This document shows, in pieces, positions 21,435 to 33,913 of a stretch of 64,000 nucleotides of DNA. The notes beneath the pieces were generated by a model that did not search any database, was not told where the DNA came from, and saw only the letters and a program-made list of their open reading frames with translations. Both the position numbers and the translations under genes were made by a program. This DNA comes from an uncultured Nitrososphaeraceae archaeon (lineage in GTDB: Archaea; Thermoproteota; Nitrososphaeria; Nitrososphaerales; Nitrososphaeraceae): positions 282,399 to 346,398 of the forward strand of contig CAVZZA010000004.1 in the NCBI GenBank assembly GCA_963779615.1, written 5' to 3'. Within the stretch, counting starts at the first letter, position 1. Every line of letters begins with the position of its first letter.

Positions 21435-21751
21435 TCCATTAGTAAAGCCGCCAACAATTATAAAGCTTACGCAGTGTATTGATGCGTACTACAGTCTATA
21501 TTGTTATATACCGCCTTGGAAAAAAAACGCCAAATTAAGAAGAAATGAAAATATGAAGCATAGCAATGGGTAGTGAAACTGCTTTACATCAATGCGTCAA
21601 ATTTTGGCAACGCCATCCCAGAGCATGGAGATTATGCCTTGCCATTCAGTTTTTTTCCCGGGTTTTGCTTCCTGTCGCAGTGAGTGGGAGTTGTTAATGT
21701 TGTTGTCAACCCGTCATTATTCTTATTCATCGTTTTTTTTTGGCAGCCCTA

Positions 21752-23867
21752 TTACTGATGTAATTGGCCAGACAGGGAGACGGGTATGCTGAATTTGAAT
21801 GTGGCGCCTATTTTTTTGCCATCGCCAAGGTGACGCAGCATACCGCCAATACCACCATCCTTGTTCTGTTGCTGTTGTTGATGTGTTGTTGTTGTTGTCA
21901 TGATCATCCGTCTCCTCAAACCATATCCTTCCGCCATGCCCCTCAACAATTTTCTTTGACAGGTACAAGCCAAGGCCAGTGCCCTGGTTTGATCTTGTGA
22001 CAAATTTCTCAAACAGCTGGTCTTTTATTTTGGAGTTTATCCCCACCCCGGTGTCCTGCACTGTGACTAACACCGCGTCTTTTTTCTGCCCATCAACATG
22101 GCTATCGCCATCCTCACCACCTCCATCACGGTGATTGCCACTTACTCCATCCTCACTACCTCTATTGGTGGTAGCAGCGTTTGGGATATCCTTGCCCCAA
22201 GAAGGAGAAAAAGGAGAAGTAGGCTCACCAGTTATTGCCGTGGAAACAACAATCTTGCCGTCTGAGGTAAACTTCATAGCGTTGTCCAGCAGGTTGAAAA
22301 CCACCTGGCTTATTTTTTGCGAGTCGCAGTCAACGTACAAAAGGTGATTCGGGCCATTTTTTATGGGTTGCTCGTGCGGTTCTGCTGCTCTTTTTGCGCT
22401 TGTTTCGTATCCGCTGCTTTTGTTTCTGCCTCTGCCTCTGCACCGCTATCTCTGCTGCCGCCGCTGTTCCTGTGGTCATCAAACGGCAAAAACAGTATCG
22501 ACACCCTGTTTGCCTTCTCCTTGTACGCGTATTTTTTTTCAACGTCCTCTATCACCTGGGAAACCAGGTTGTGGAAATCCACGTTTTTTTGGATGTCAAG
22601 GCTGAAGCTCCCGCTTTCGATTCTGCTTACCTGCAAAATGCTTTCGGCCAGGTTCTGCAACCGGGACGCGTTTCTTGTTATCATGTCAAGCTCCCGCTTA
22701 AACTCTATTTTCCTTTCACCAAGCTTCTCCTCCAGTATCTCCACACCGTTTAGGATGGGCATGATTGGTGTGCGCAACTCGTGCGCAGCCACGTTTATGA
22801 AATCGCTCTTGATTTTGTCGTTTTGGTCAAGCTGCTGGAACAGGACACTCTGGTCATAAAGAACCTCAAAAATGGACGAGTACGACAAAACCGTGGGTTC
22901 GCTGTTGGAGTAGATTGAAAAGCCAATTGCGGCGGTTGCCACCTCCTCCCTTGTGTGTATCAGCTCCATCACCAGTGACTCCTTTCTGTCCACAACCAGG
23001 GTTTTTACCTTGATGCCAATGCTTGGTGCAATGTCCTGGATTTGGATGTTGTGCCTGTACTTTGTCAGCAGTTTCAGGGACGGCGACTCCCTTATCGAGT
23101 TGTCTATCGGCGTGAGGATGTTGATTTTCAGGCCATCGTTGTGCTCCACCATTTCCTGCAAAAGCTGGAGGGTGCCGCCTTTTTCCTGCAGGTGAAACGC
23201 GTTTACCGTGGAGTACATTATCTGTATTTCCCTTTTGGCCCTTCTTATCATCTCAAACTCCTTTTGGACTGCGTCCTTGAAATCCGAGAAAACTATTGAG
23301 ACGGGCACGGCAATCCCATCCTCTATCTCCTTTATTCGGTGCTCCGCAGGGCATTGCCCTGCTCCAAAAGCTGTCAAACACAAACTGCTGCTGCTCAACA
23401 ACTTCAGGCAGGTTGCTGAACAGAAGCTGGGGTATTGGCTGTGCCGCATGCAAAGTGGCGACAGCGACATATTCCCTCTGGTCTGCAACCTCAAAGTTTC
23501 CCTTCAGACCATCCAAATGCCGAATCTCCGAAAACGTGAGCATCTGCTTGACATAGTCGACATTGTCCTTTGTGATGTCGATTACATAGCGGAGCTTGAG
23601 GCCCCTGTTTTTGACCGCGTCAACCCTTCTCTCCCTTATGGCGTCAACCTCAATCATTACGGATGGGGCCACAGAGTTTAGGCAGGAGTCTATTTTCACT
23701 TTGGCCCCGTCTATGAACCTTAAGATTGCGTTGTCTGCATTTTCAGGGCCATAATACACCTTTGTGGTGGGTATGCTGCCATCGTCATCATTGTCTTTGT
23801 CATTGTCACCGTAAAAACCACTTCGTTTGATAAGCCGGAGTTTACACCAGGGATTGTATTTTGACAT
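21752..23867 (-). CDS. Cytoplasmic sensor histidine kinase, split by frameshifts
   Basis: H-box FINVAAHELRTPI, N-box QVVFNLLDNAMKF, G1 VQDTGVGI, G2 GTGLGLYLSK, terminal GATFKFSIP spread over ORFs 23253-23867, 22361-23494, 21723-22340, 21752-22012. Confidence 0.88.
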
Positions 23868-24847
23868 CCATCATTATCTGGGTCAATATTATTGAAATTA
23901 TTAGTATCAGGTATGATAGGGAAACCTTCCAACCGTTATCACGATATACATGTTTTATTCACTGTATTTATGGATCTTAAAACTTTATAATACTGATATA
24001 TAATGGCTGGACATTAATTCTCGTAATAATCCTTAAAAGTACACAAATTTTTGAATAATAAAAAAAACACAATTTTCTAAATACCAAAGATCTCCGAGAT
24101 CAATTGATATGATATGATTATGGTACCAATATCTAAAAAAGGCTTTTGTACTGTGATATGAATCTTGATTGCCAATTAAAGAATGAAATGGTTAAACATA
24201 AACTAAACAGCATGGGTTCCACACTTTGTCATTATTTTGCAAGATATTACTTCGCTTTTATTTTTGTCAGGAATTAAAATTGCAATTTTTTTATTGCCAA
24301 TTTTACCAAAGTATATGATAAGCATCCAGATTTGCCTTCATACGGTGGTAGTGGTAGTGGAACTGGTTTCCTCCATTAAGATTATTGGTTTATAAGGATC
24401 AGGACAAGGATAAGGATAGGATGCATACTTTGCCTCTTTTTGAGGAAAAGCGTCATTAAAGTAAAACCCCGAATCCTGTATTAATCAAGGATATGATTGA
24501 GGATTGTTTTGATAATAATCCCCAATTTATAAAAAAAATGAAAGTTAAAGCATATTCAGCAATGATTCACCCTATTGCATGCCATTACACGAAAAAGTAT
24601 CCTAACTTTACAAAAGCCTTCAAATAAATTGTTACTATATACTGTAACAATATGCTATAAACCCGGAGTTTTAAACTTTTTACAAGCAATCATCTTTCTA
24701 CAAATATTCACAGCAGTAAAATGCTCCCTATCGTTTGGTTTTTTACATGTTATGCCAATTAGCATAAGTATGCTAAACAATTTGTCATGGCAATCGTCAT
24801 AAAAACACAAAAGCTATCTGCAACCTTCATTTATATATCTTTTATCA

Positions 24848-25887
24848 ATGTCATTACCGTTGACCAACAAAGCCAACTTGGTTGATTCTTACAAAAAGGA
24901 AATAATCCAAAAGTTAAGGAAAGACTACTGCTGCTAGTTATCAGGGCAAGAGAAGATGTGCAAGTTCGCTTTCGTGTTGTAAAGGAGATGCATAGAGGCA
25001 ACCCTTGGGCTTCAGACTGGCTAAAAAGATACGATAAGGAAGGCCTGGAGGGACTGAAGGATAGGCCAAAAATTGGCAGATCACCGGAACTGCCTGAAGA
25101 GATTAGTTACCGGATTAAGAAAGAGATATCTGGCTCCAAGCATGGCTGGACCACAAAAAGGTAGATGAGCTGATTGTAAAGAAGAGCGGCATAAAATATC
25201 ATCACACCCAACATGCTGCATCCTCCGCAAGCGGGGCTTCAAGCAGGAGGTGCCAAGAAAGGTACATGTTAACACAGCAACCAGGGAAGAAAAAGATGAT
25301 TTCAAAAAAAGATCATCCAGATACCTTTAGATAGGCAGCAACTAAAAGAAGAGAAAGAAGGCTTTCCCTAAGTATCACTAGCATGAACCCTTTTTCTTTT
25401 GTGATTCCCTGGTATGAAGGGTTGGGATTGGCAAAGAGAAAAGACCCGTAGTCAGGGTAAAAGGCTCACAAGCATTTATGCCTGTTTAGTGCAACGAATA
25501 CAGACGGCAAAAAACAACTGTTCAGGCAGTACGAGAGATTCAACGGTTATATATTCTTGAAGTTCCTAAAGACAATTCATTCCAGGTTCCCAAAATGCTA
25601 TCTTTATATAGACAAGGCATCACCACACCACAGGTCAAGGAAGGTAAAAAAATATTTTGAGTAAAACAAGAATAGTCTTGATGCCTGTATACCTTCCAAC
25701 AGCATCACCAGAGTTTATGGTGATGGGGGAGGCATGAAACATAGACAAGAGAGATCTGCTATTACTAAAATACTATCCAACCTTTTCAAATTTTAAAAAC
25801 AGGATGTCTTGGTATTTCAGGACAAAAAGATTCAATCCTGAAATGATAAACTATTTACCAAAAGACGGATTTTAGAGAACCTATGTA
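24848..25887 (+). mobile_element. IS630-family transposase pseudogene
   Basis: Fragments KVKERLLL, WLKRYDKEGLEGLKDRPKIGRSPEL, GFKQEVPRKVH, QLFRQYERFN, DKASPHHRSRKV, YLPTASPEFM with many stops and indels; ends approximate. Confidence 0.85.
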
Positions 25888-26300
25888 AATTGGTAGAGAG
25901 TTAATTTCAGATATTGACGGAATTCTAATTTTGATATCAAATAACAGAACATGTTATTTGCAAAATTAAAAGACAATGATATATGAAAAGGGGTGATTTT
26001 AAACAAACTACAAATTCACTCCAAAGTTATCAGCATACAAACAATAACAATGGATGGTTCTGCAGTAAAATTTTTTTTTACCATTTTTTTTGAAAATATA
26101 AATTTCTAAAAGATCTGTTAATCACAGAAAATTATTGGCACAGTAATTAATCATGCTAGATATCCAATTGCATCACCAGGTGAAAACGTAATAGTAACCA
26201 CAGCATGCTTTTAAGTTAAATACTGCATTACCATGTTTCAAAATCTCAACATTAAAAATTCAAGTATCAAAATAAAATGGGTTTGGAATTGTATGGATTA

Positions 26301-28956
26301 TTATACAGGTGGTTGGATTTCCCTTACACTGAATTTTTTAATATCCACATCATCTGCATTATCCCACCTAAAGGTAGCAATGGGGCCTCCCCAGGTTATA
26401 ATCTGGTCTGGATCACCACCGCAATCTTCACCATCACTTCCAAAGCCACCTGAGTCGGTGAATGTGTATACCTTTTGCCAGTTGTTCTTTAGAGTTGGGC
26501 TGTCTGGGTTTCTGTCCACCCATATTTCAGTGGTTACTACAGTTTCGCCACTCGGAACCTGATGGTTATAAATCATGGCTTTAAACCCAACAAATTTATC
26601 TATGCTTGAAGCGGAAGGTGAGGGTGTGGTAGTGCTTGCAAACACATAGGAGACGTGCCATTGTTCTTTTGCTATTCTTACTCTTCCGTTGTAGAACAAG
26701 TCTGCTTTGTATGCTGTGCCTTCGCACCCTTCATCATAATGCCTTCCACCCCTTGCATACCAAGTCCAGCTATCACTAGAGTCACCATCATTGAACTTTA
26801 CAACACCTGTCATCTCCACATTCTTCCAGTCATTTGCAGATTGCATGTATCCCTTTGTTGCAGGTCTTGTTGATTGTAAGTGGTTATCAGGTTTGGACGG
26901 TACAATGAGGAGGTAAAGACGTTGTATCTCACCGCATCGTCTTGAACATTCCAACTGCCATCTGGGTTTTGGTTTAAGTCAGTATTGGGGTCTGTTCGTG
27001 GATCATTGTTAGGGTTTGCACTCATAAACCATTTTTCGCCACCAGCCTTATCATGGATAAATCTGTGTTATCCCAAACTGGTCAAGTGTTTCCGCCTCCA
27101 GAGGAGCAACGGTAAACGACCATGTTCTGGCTGTGGCCAAGTTGTTGCCAGCCACATCCGTCTGCGGCTGTGGATATTGTTGCGGTGTATGTGGCACCAG
27201 CTGTTAAATTTGTGTATGGGTTCAGTGTTGCAGTTGTATTGCCAGAATCATGGTCACGGTTGCAGGTATATTTGCGCCACCACTTGTTTGCACCAGTGTG
27301 AAAGAAGAGGTGGTAATGCTAGAGGGGTTCATTGCCTCACTGAATGTGGCTACAACGTTGGAGGAAGCAGAAACTCCTGTGGCTCCGGTGGTTGGAATGG
27401 TTGACACTACCGTTGGAGGCTGGTATCGGAAGGTGCTACCAGCAACAGTAAACGACCATGTCCTAGCTGTGGCCAAGTGGTTGCCCGCCACATCCGTTAC
27501 GGCTGTTGATATTGTTGCGGTGTATGTGGTACCAGCTGTTAAATTTGTGTATGGGTTCAGGGTGGCAGTTGTATGCCAGAATATGGTACGGTTGCAGGTA
27601 CATTTGCGCCACCACTTGTTGGTACCAGTGTGAAAGAAGAGGCGGTAATGCTAGAGGGGTTCATTGCCTCACTGAATGTGGCTACAACGTTGGAGGAAGC
27701 AGAAACACCTGTGGCTCCGTAGGCTGGAGTGGTTGACAGCTACCGTTGGGGGCGTGGTATCGGCAGTACCAGCAACGGTAAACGACCATATTCTTGTCGG
27801 CAACCAAGTGGTTGCCGGCCACATCCGTTACGGCTGTTGATATTGTTGCGGTGTATTTGGTACCAGCTGCTAAATTTGCGGAGGGGTTTAGTGTGGCAGT
27901 ATGTGCCAGAATATGGTACGACTGCAGGTATATTTGCGCCACCACTTGTTGGCGTAGTGTGAAAGAAGAGGTGGTAATGCTAGAGGGGTTCATTGCCTCA
28001 CTGAATGTTGCCACAACGTTGGAGGAAGCAGAAACACCTGTGGCTCCGGAGGCTGGGGTGGTTGACACCACCGTTGGTGGCGTGGTATCGGTGGTACCAG
28101 CAACAGTAAACGACCATGTCTTGTCTGTAGCCAAGTGGTTGCCAGCCACATCCGTTACGCTGTTGATATTGTTGCGGTGTATGTGGTACCAGCTGCTAAA
28201 TTTGTGGTGGGGTTTAGTGTGGCAGTTGTATTGCCTGAATATGGTACGACTGCAGGTATATTTGCGCCACCACTTGTTGGTTGTAGTGTGAAAGAAGAGG
28301 TGGTAATGCTAGAGGGGTTCATTGCCTCACTGAATGTTGCCACAACGTTGGAGGAAGCAGAAACACCTGTGGCTCCGTAGGCTGGGGTGGTTGACACTAC
28401 CGTTGGGGGCGTGGTATCAGCGCCAGCAATTCCGCGAATCCTAATTTCATTTATGCTGGCCCAGTCATTATCGGTATTACCATTAACAGTTACCCTTACG
28501 TATCGAGCGTTGGTATCTGTAACATCATAGCCCTGAAAACTATTTGAACGTGCGCTATTTCCAGAGGGGAATACAGTGGTAAAGGAACCGGTAGCCCCAG
28601 TAGCAGAGGTAGAGATAACAAAGTGATTGCTGCGTTCGTTTCCCTTGTACCACGCGATATCTATGGAAGTAACAGTTTTTAGCGGTCCAGATCCAAGGTC
28701 TGCGCTGAATAAATGAACCAACACCTTCGTCAGACCACCTTGTGGCCAGGTTGTTGTCAAAAGCATTTGAAGGAACGTTACCATCATTTCCACTTGCGGT
28801 TACAGAAATAACAGGCAAGATCGGGTTAGATGTTTGTCCATAGGCAACAGGATTTGGTGTACATTATGTTAGAGGAGAAAAGAGATACTATGATTAGAAA
28901 CATATAAGAGACCGTAGAAAGTATCTTTTTCTTTTTAACAACGGCATTATGAGCAT
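26301..28956 (-). CDS. Large secreted/surface protein: F5/8 type C (discoidin/CBM32) domain + four Ig-like repeats + C-terminal putative carbohydrate-active domain; multiple frameshifts
   Basis: VTASGNDGNVPSNAFDNNLATRWS, IDIAWYKG, ARYVRVTVNGN..WASINEI; four DTTPPTVVSTTP..VVATFSEAMNPSS..GNHLA..WSFTV units; C-terminal KGYMQSANDWKNVEMTG..ARGGRH..KEQWH domain. Confidence 0.82.
27100..28420. repeat. Four near-identical ~330-bp tandem Ig-like domain repeats
   Basis: GTGAAAGAAGAGG(T/C)GGTAATGCTAGAGGGGTTCATTGCCTCACTGAATG recurs at about 27298, 27629, 27958, 28288. Confidence 0.95.
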
Positions 28957-29400
28957 AATGACAATAATCCATTAATACAGTAGTTACAGGTAATTTCATT
29001 TAAAACAAAGAAGAATTCAAAGTATTTATAAGGAACATTACTTCTTTATAGGAATTATATATATGTAATTTAACAGTAACTAAGCAATCCTGTTTTTTAT
29101 CTAAAGATACTTATTATAAAACATCCAGATGTTAATTGATTAGTTTCATCTGTTTAACAATATAACTATTTGTATTGATTAATGCAATTTATTGTTTTTG
29201 ATTGTTCTCAGATTTGAAAACAACTTTCCGAAAATTTTCAGGAAAAAATATGAAGATAAAATATCAAATAGGGTAATTGAACATACACCTCGCATTATGT
29301 AATAAAGAACATTCCCTCTGTTTGGCGCTAAAATCAATTTTAGCAGATTAACAAATTAGATTTAAATAACAAAGAAAAATAACGAGGCGGTTAAGAAAAC

Positions 29401-30127
29401 CTATAGAGAAATGCGCATCATGGCAACGCCACCATTATTGTTTGGAACGGCTTCCCCAATACTGCCCCCACCATCGTCATTTGCAGAAGAAGCGGACCTG
29501 AGTGAACTGGATGCCTCCTGAGCTTCAGCAGGCTTCAAGACACTTTGCTGACAGGATTGTTTGTTGCCATAGTTATCGGTGTCCTGAATCACCTTAATGC
29601 ACCCGGTGTACGTGTCACCTATATTCAAAAGGCCTTTGTCTACGTGCATTGGAACAAAGATAAGCCCCCTATCGTCATCCTCGGGGTTGAGCAATGGTAT
29701 CGGGTTAAAGGTTTTTGATATTTCATGGCCATTGTTTGTTGTGACCCATACCTTGACCTTTACGGTTGAGTGGTCTATTCCGTCTATTTTCATTATAATA
29801 TCTGTGGAATTTCCTGATACCTCTGCTTGATCCTCATTGAGTGGGGTACTGCTCTGATCGTTGGGCCCAATCACTCTGTTGTCTTCTCCTGAAGCGGATA
29901 TGGTCCTCATTAACCTGTGTGCAGTGCTCTGATCAGTTATGCCCAATCACTGTGTTATCCTGGTCGCCATTTGCCATGTTTATGGGGCCTTTTTCTTGCC
30001 CTGTCTCTCCAATATCAAAGGAGGTAACTGCATTTGCAGAGGGTAAAGTCATTACTGAAAACATGGAGATTAAGGTTAATAACAATAGTGTAAATGTAGC
30101 ATATGATTTTACTGTTTTTTTTAACAA
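29401..30127 (-). CDS. Secreted hypothetical protein, split by one frameshift near 29940
   Basis: Signal-peptide ORF 29933-30127 overlaps ORF 29401-29946; DNTVIG / DNRVIG internal repeat spans the junction. Confidence 0.7.
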
Positions 30128-30904
30128 TTTTGCCTTCAGCTACCATCGTAATTTTAAATATTTATAGGGATTGGATGATTGTTATTTAGAAAGGCTATCA
30201 ACATTTTCTACCGATATATGTATTGTAGTTACTACACAATGGTATCTAATTAAATCAACAAAATTAATGATGGATTATAGAATAAGGGACCATCTCAAAT
30301 ATCATCATCAATAAATAATAACAATACTACGGTTAATTGTAAAAAATTATAATAATATTACATACTTTCTTTGGATATAGATAATGAAGTTTGGTTGGTT
30401 TTTTAATAAGATTATTGTCAGTAGACATTATTTATTAATGATTTTGTGTTATGGATACTAAAAAAAGTTATAATTGTAACTACATTCTGACCAAAAGAGA
30501 GATTAAGTAAAAATGGGCAGTGCCAACTTTCCCTAAATGTGCAAGGGATATTCACCAAATCCATATCCCTGTTAACAATAAAAGAATACTAATTCTCATA
30601 AACCCAGATATGCACAATAGTGTACAGCAGAATATAATATCCCCCCACCACCACCCCACCCCTCAACCCATCAAAATTACTACAAACTGTCTTCACTTTA
30701 TAATGAAAAACCAATAATTTCTTTAATAGAGATTAAAAGGCGTAAAAAAAGAGTTTAAAAAAGTGGATAATACAACGAAGTCAAGCAACTACTGATTCAT
30801 CATTCCGATTACCCAAACAAGACATAATCAGCCATCTTACTCACCAAGCTAAAAATCCGCTCAGCATTAAAAAATAGCATATACATTATGTGTTTTGAGT
30901 TTAG

Positions 30905-32221
30905 TTACTTTACTGCAAGCTTTATGGATGGGATTACAAATGTCAGTGTGATAATACCACCAATCACCCACGCTAGTGGGTACCCAAAATAAATTACGGT
31001 AATTGAGAACACAAAAGGAACCCAAAACGCCCCAAACAAAGACAAGCCATTAACAAAACTCACAGCTAGCGTTTCATATTGGGGTTGATGCAACTGTTTT
31101 TTTACTATCTCCCTTGCTTTGGCATATGGAACAACAAAACCACCAGACGCAAAAATCCCTATTAGAATAGTTGAAAAAACTATGACATTGACATTTGCCA
31201 AAGAAAAAAGCGTTATGTTTACTGAAATAATTGCACTGCATATTATTAGCAGTAACAGGCCATGGTTTCTGTAGGGGCTTCTTTTGGTTATGCCATCATA
31301 AAGCCTGCCAAAAATAGGGGCAAAAAGAACGTTACACAACATGGCAAGTCCACCTATCAGCCCTGCAGTTGATGCACTGGCATGCAGGTCGTTTTTTAAG
31401 TACAGTATTATAAAAGTGGAGACCAAGTTCCATCCTATTTGCACCCCAAGTAACGAGAAACCTACAAGGATCATTGATTTATTGATTAAAACTGTCTTCA
31501 AATCAGAAAGTTTTATCTTAAAATTTGGTTTTTGTTGCGCATCTTCTTCTTCACCATACTGGTTTGCAGAGTTTTTAAGATGGCTTTTTAAATGGTGTGA
31601 AGGCTGTCCACCAGCAGCATCATCATCATCCTTCTTTTTCCGCTCTCCTTTTTCTTTGTTTTTCCTCATCTCATAAACTAAAAACAATCCACTTAACACC
31701 CCCACTATACCGCCGATTATCAAGCTTGCTCTCCAGCCAACAGTCTCTGCGACTATAATCCACCCAAAAAGACCTATTATCCCCCCTAGGGAGTGAGCCG
31801 AATTCAATATGCCCACCCCCAGGCCTTCTGAGCCTTTGCCTAAAAATGACGATATCAAAATAACACTGGGTCCAAAGAAAAAGGCCATGCCAACTCCAAC
31901 CAAAAACCTCAGAATCACCATTTGAGATGGTTCGGTAGCCAGTCCAGAAAGCAGGGACGCTATGGATAGCACCATGATTCCAGACAATGCAATTTTTTTT
32001 GGATTGTATTTTGCAGCAAGTATCCCTGCTGGGACTTGAAAGACCCCTATGCCTACAAGAAAGCTGGCTGTCATTATCCCCAGCATAGAAACATCTTGTT
32101 TAAAGTCTATTGATATTAAATAAAACACAGATGAAATGTTAAACCAGTTTATTGCATAAAGTAGCCTTGCAAATACCAAAAAGAGAACAGGTGCGGAAAA
32201 GGCCTTGGCGAGTGGCGGCAT
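30905..32221 (-). CDS. MFS transporter
   Basis: QVPAGILAAKY, LRFLVGVG, GWRAS, FGRLYD; 12-TM pattern with long central loop. Confidence 0.9.
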   Translation of the reverse strand: MPPLAKAFSAPVLFLVFARLLYAINWFNISSVFYLISIDFKQDVSMLGIMTASFLVGIGVFQVPAGILAAKYNPKKIALSGIMVLSIASLLSGLATEPSQMVILRFLVGVGMAFFFGPSVILISSFLGKGSEGLGVGILNSAHSLGGIIGLFGWIIVAETVGWRASLIIGGIVGVLSGLFLVYEMRKNKEKGERKKKDDDDAAGGQPSHHLKSHLKNSANQYGEEEDAQQKPNFKIKLSDLKTVLINKSMILVGFSLLGVQIGWNLVSTFIILYLKNDLHASASTAGLIGGLAMLCNVLFAPIFGRLYDGITKRSPYRNHGLLLLIICSAIISVNITLFSLANVNVIVFSTILIGIFASGGFVVPYAKAREIVKKQLHQPQYETLAVSFVNGLSLFGAFWVPFVFSITVIYFGYPLAWVIGGIITLTFVIPSIKLAVK

Positions 32222-32492
32222 TGTAGATAAAAAAGGGCTTTACATGCATTATATTGTTATGTTGTATCAATAGATTAAAAAAAAATTATTTTCAAACTGC
32301 AATGCTGGCTGGCGTTCATTTCAGATAAGGACAAGCCATGTATAGCCATAAACGCTGCAGAAGTAGAAATATCGAGTTTTTATCACTCATAAAAAAGAAT
32401 GGATCATATTTATTACGCTCCTAACATTTCCCCCTTTTTTTATTGTAACACTCATAAGATGGAAAATAAGAGACCGTCTACTTGTAGAAAAG

Positions 32493-33506
32493 TTGATCAA
32501 TGATGATGATTTAGAGATACCAAAAAAAAAGGACAGGATTTTATCAATAACTCATCAACAGGATATCGATGGTCTGTTTTGTGGGGCAATCCTAAAAAAT
32601 GCATTCCCCGATACTTTTGTTCATCTTACGAATTATGGCTACAACAATATGTTGCAGGCTGCAAAGGTAATACACGACGCCATATCCAAATCCAGAAAAA
32701 AGGGTATGATAATAATCACAGACCTCTATGTTGATAGTCCAGAAGAAGTCAGGTTAATAGAGGACGCGGCATTAAAAGCCAAAGAGGCTGGATGGAGGTT
32801 TTTATGGCTTGATCATCACTATTGGAAAGAAGGCATAAAGGAAAGAGTGGAATCTTTTGCGATTTTAAAAATTTCAAGGGATCAGGAGCGAAAATGCGCT
32901 GCGGAGCTTTTGTGCGAGACCTTTGCAATAAAAAGGACAGCGTGCCAAAGAATGAAAAAGTTTGCTCACGCTGTGGATTTTAGAACCTCCGAAATTACCA
33001 ATCTACCGCCATTACCTGAAATTATCAGATATTATCTAACCCTTCCAAACGCTTATAAAAAATTACAGAGGGTATTGAACAAAGCATCAAGAGGGGTATT
33101 TTGGGACGATGAGCTGCAGGAAGTTTATGAAAGGTATTATCTGCCTTTAAAGGAAACTGCCATGATAAAAGCCATGGACTCACTTGTGGTGCAAACCATA
33201 CATAATTATAGGGTCGCCATTGCTGAATCACCGCAAATACTGTCCAAAGGCATAATTGCCGAGAAAATCTTTGAGTTGCAAAAAGAAGCTGATTTGGCAA
33301 TTTTGTTTGCTCCAGATGGCAAATTGAGTATTAGGAGGGCCCCCGATTCTAGTTTCAGGTGTGATCTTATCGCTCAAAAATTAAATGGCGGAGGTCACAG
33401 TTACGCTGCAGGGGGAATAATAAAAACCAAAAACAGTGAGGAAGGGGAGGCAAAAAAAATAGAGATGAAAGACGTAATTGAGGAATTGCAAAAAGCATTA
33501 AAATAA
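32493..33506 (+). CDS. DHH/DHHA1 family phosphoesterase (nanoRNase-like)
   Basis: THQQDIDG, ITDL, WLDHH, CAAEL, LSIR, GGGHSYAAG. Confidence 0.9.
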   Translation: MINDDDLEIPKKKDRILSITHQQDIDGLFCGAILKNAFPDTFVHLTNYGYNNMLQAAKVIHDAISKSRKKGMIIITDLYVDSPEEVRLIEDAALKAKEAGWRFLWLDHHYWKEGIKERVESFAILKISRDQERKCAAELLCETFAIKRTACQRMKKFAHAVDFRTSEITNLPPLPEIIRYYLTLPNAYKKLQRVLNKASRGVFWDDELQEVYERYYLPLKETAMIKAMDSLVVQTIHNYRVAIAESPQILSKGIIAEKIFELQKEADLAILFAPDGKLSIRRAPDSSFRCDLIAQKLNGGGHSYAAGGIIKTKNSEEGEAKKIEMKDVIEELQKALK

Positions 33507-33913
33507 AATTAAGTGTTATTTTCTCTTCTTCTCCTCCTTCCCCTTTTTACCTGAAAATTCCTCCAAATTGGGAGTTTAATTTTGATTGACGATAATACTG
33601 ATAACCTATGACAACCACCATCACCATTTGAGTTGGGTTGCTTAGCGTCTTTTTGCACACTATCACTTTCTTACCTCTCGAAAATTACTTTTAATCTAAT
33701 CAATTATGATTTAATTATAAAGTTTTTATGCTATCCTGCCTTTTTGGGAAATCATTATCAGCAGGATAATAGGAAAGGGGATAGATAACACAGTGAATCA
33801 ACTTTCTCCCCTTTTTCTTACGGTCATTATTTTGATTAATGTTGCAACTCTTTTGGCTTGGCCAAAGTTTTTTATTCAATAAATACCAGTGCCAGCCATA
33901 TAGTCACTATAAT

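Noticed and set aside
27250-28380. Plus-strand Val-rich ORFs
   Set aside because: Antisense shadows of the Thr-rich Ig repeats
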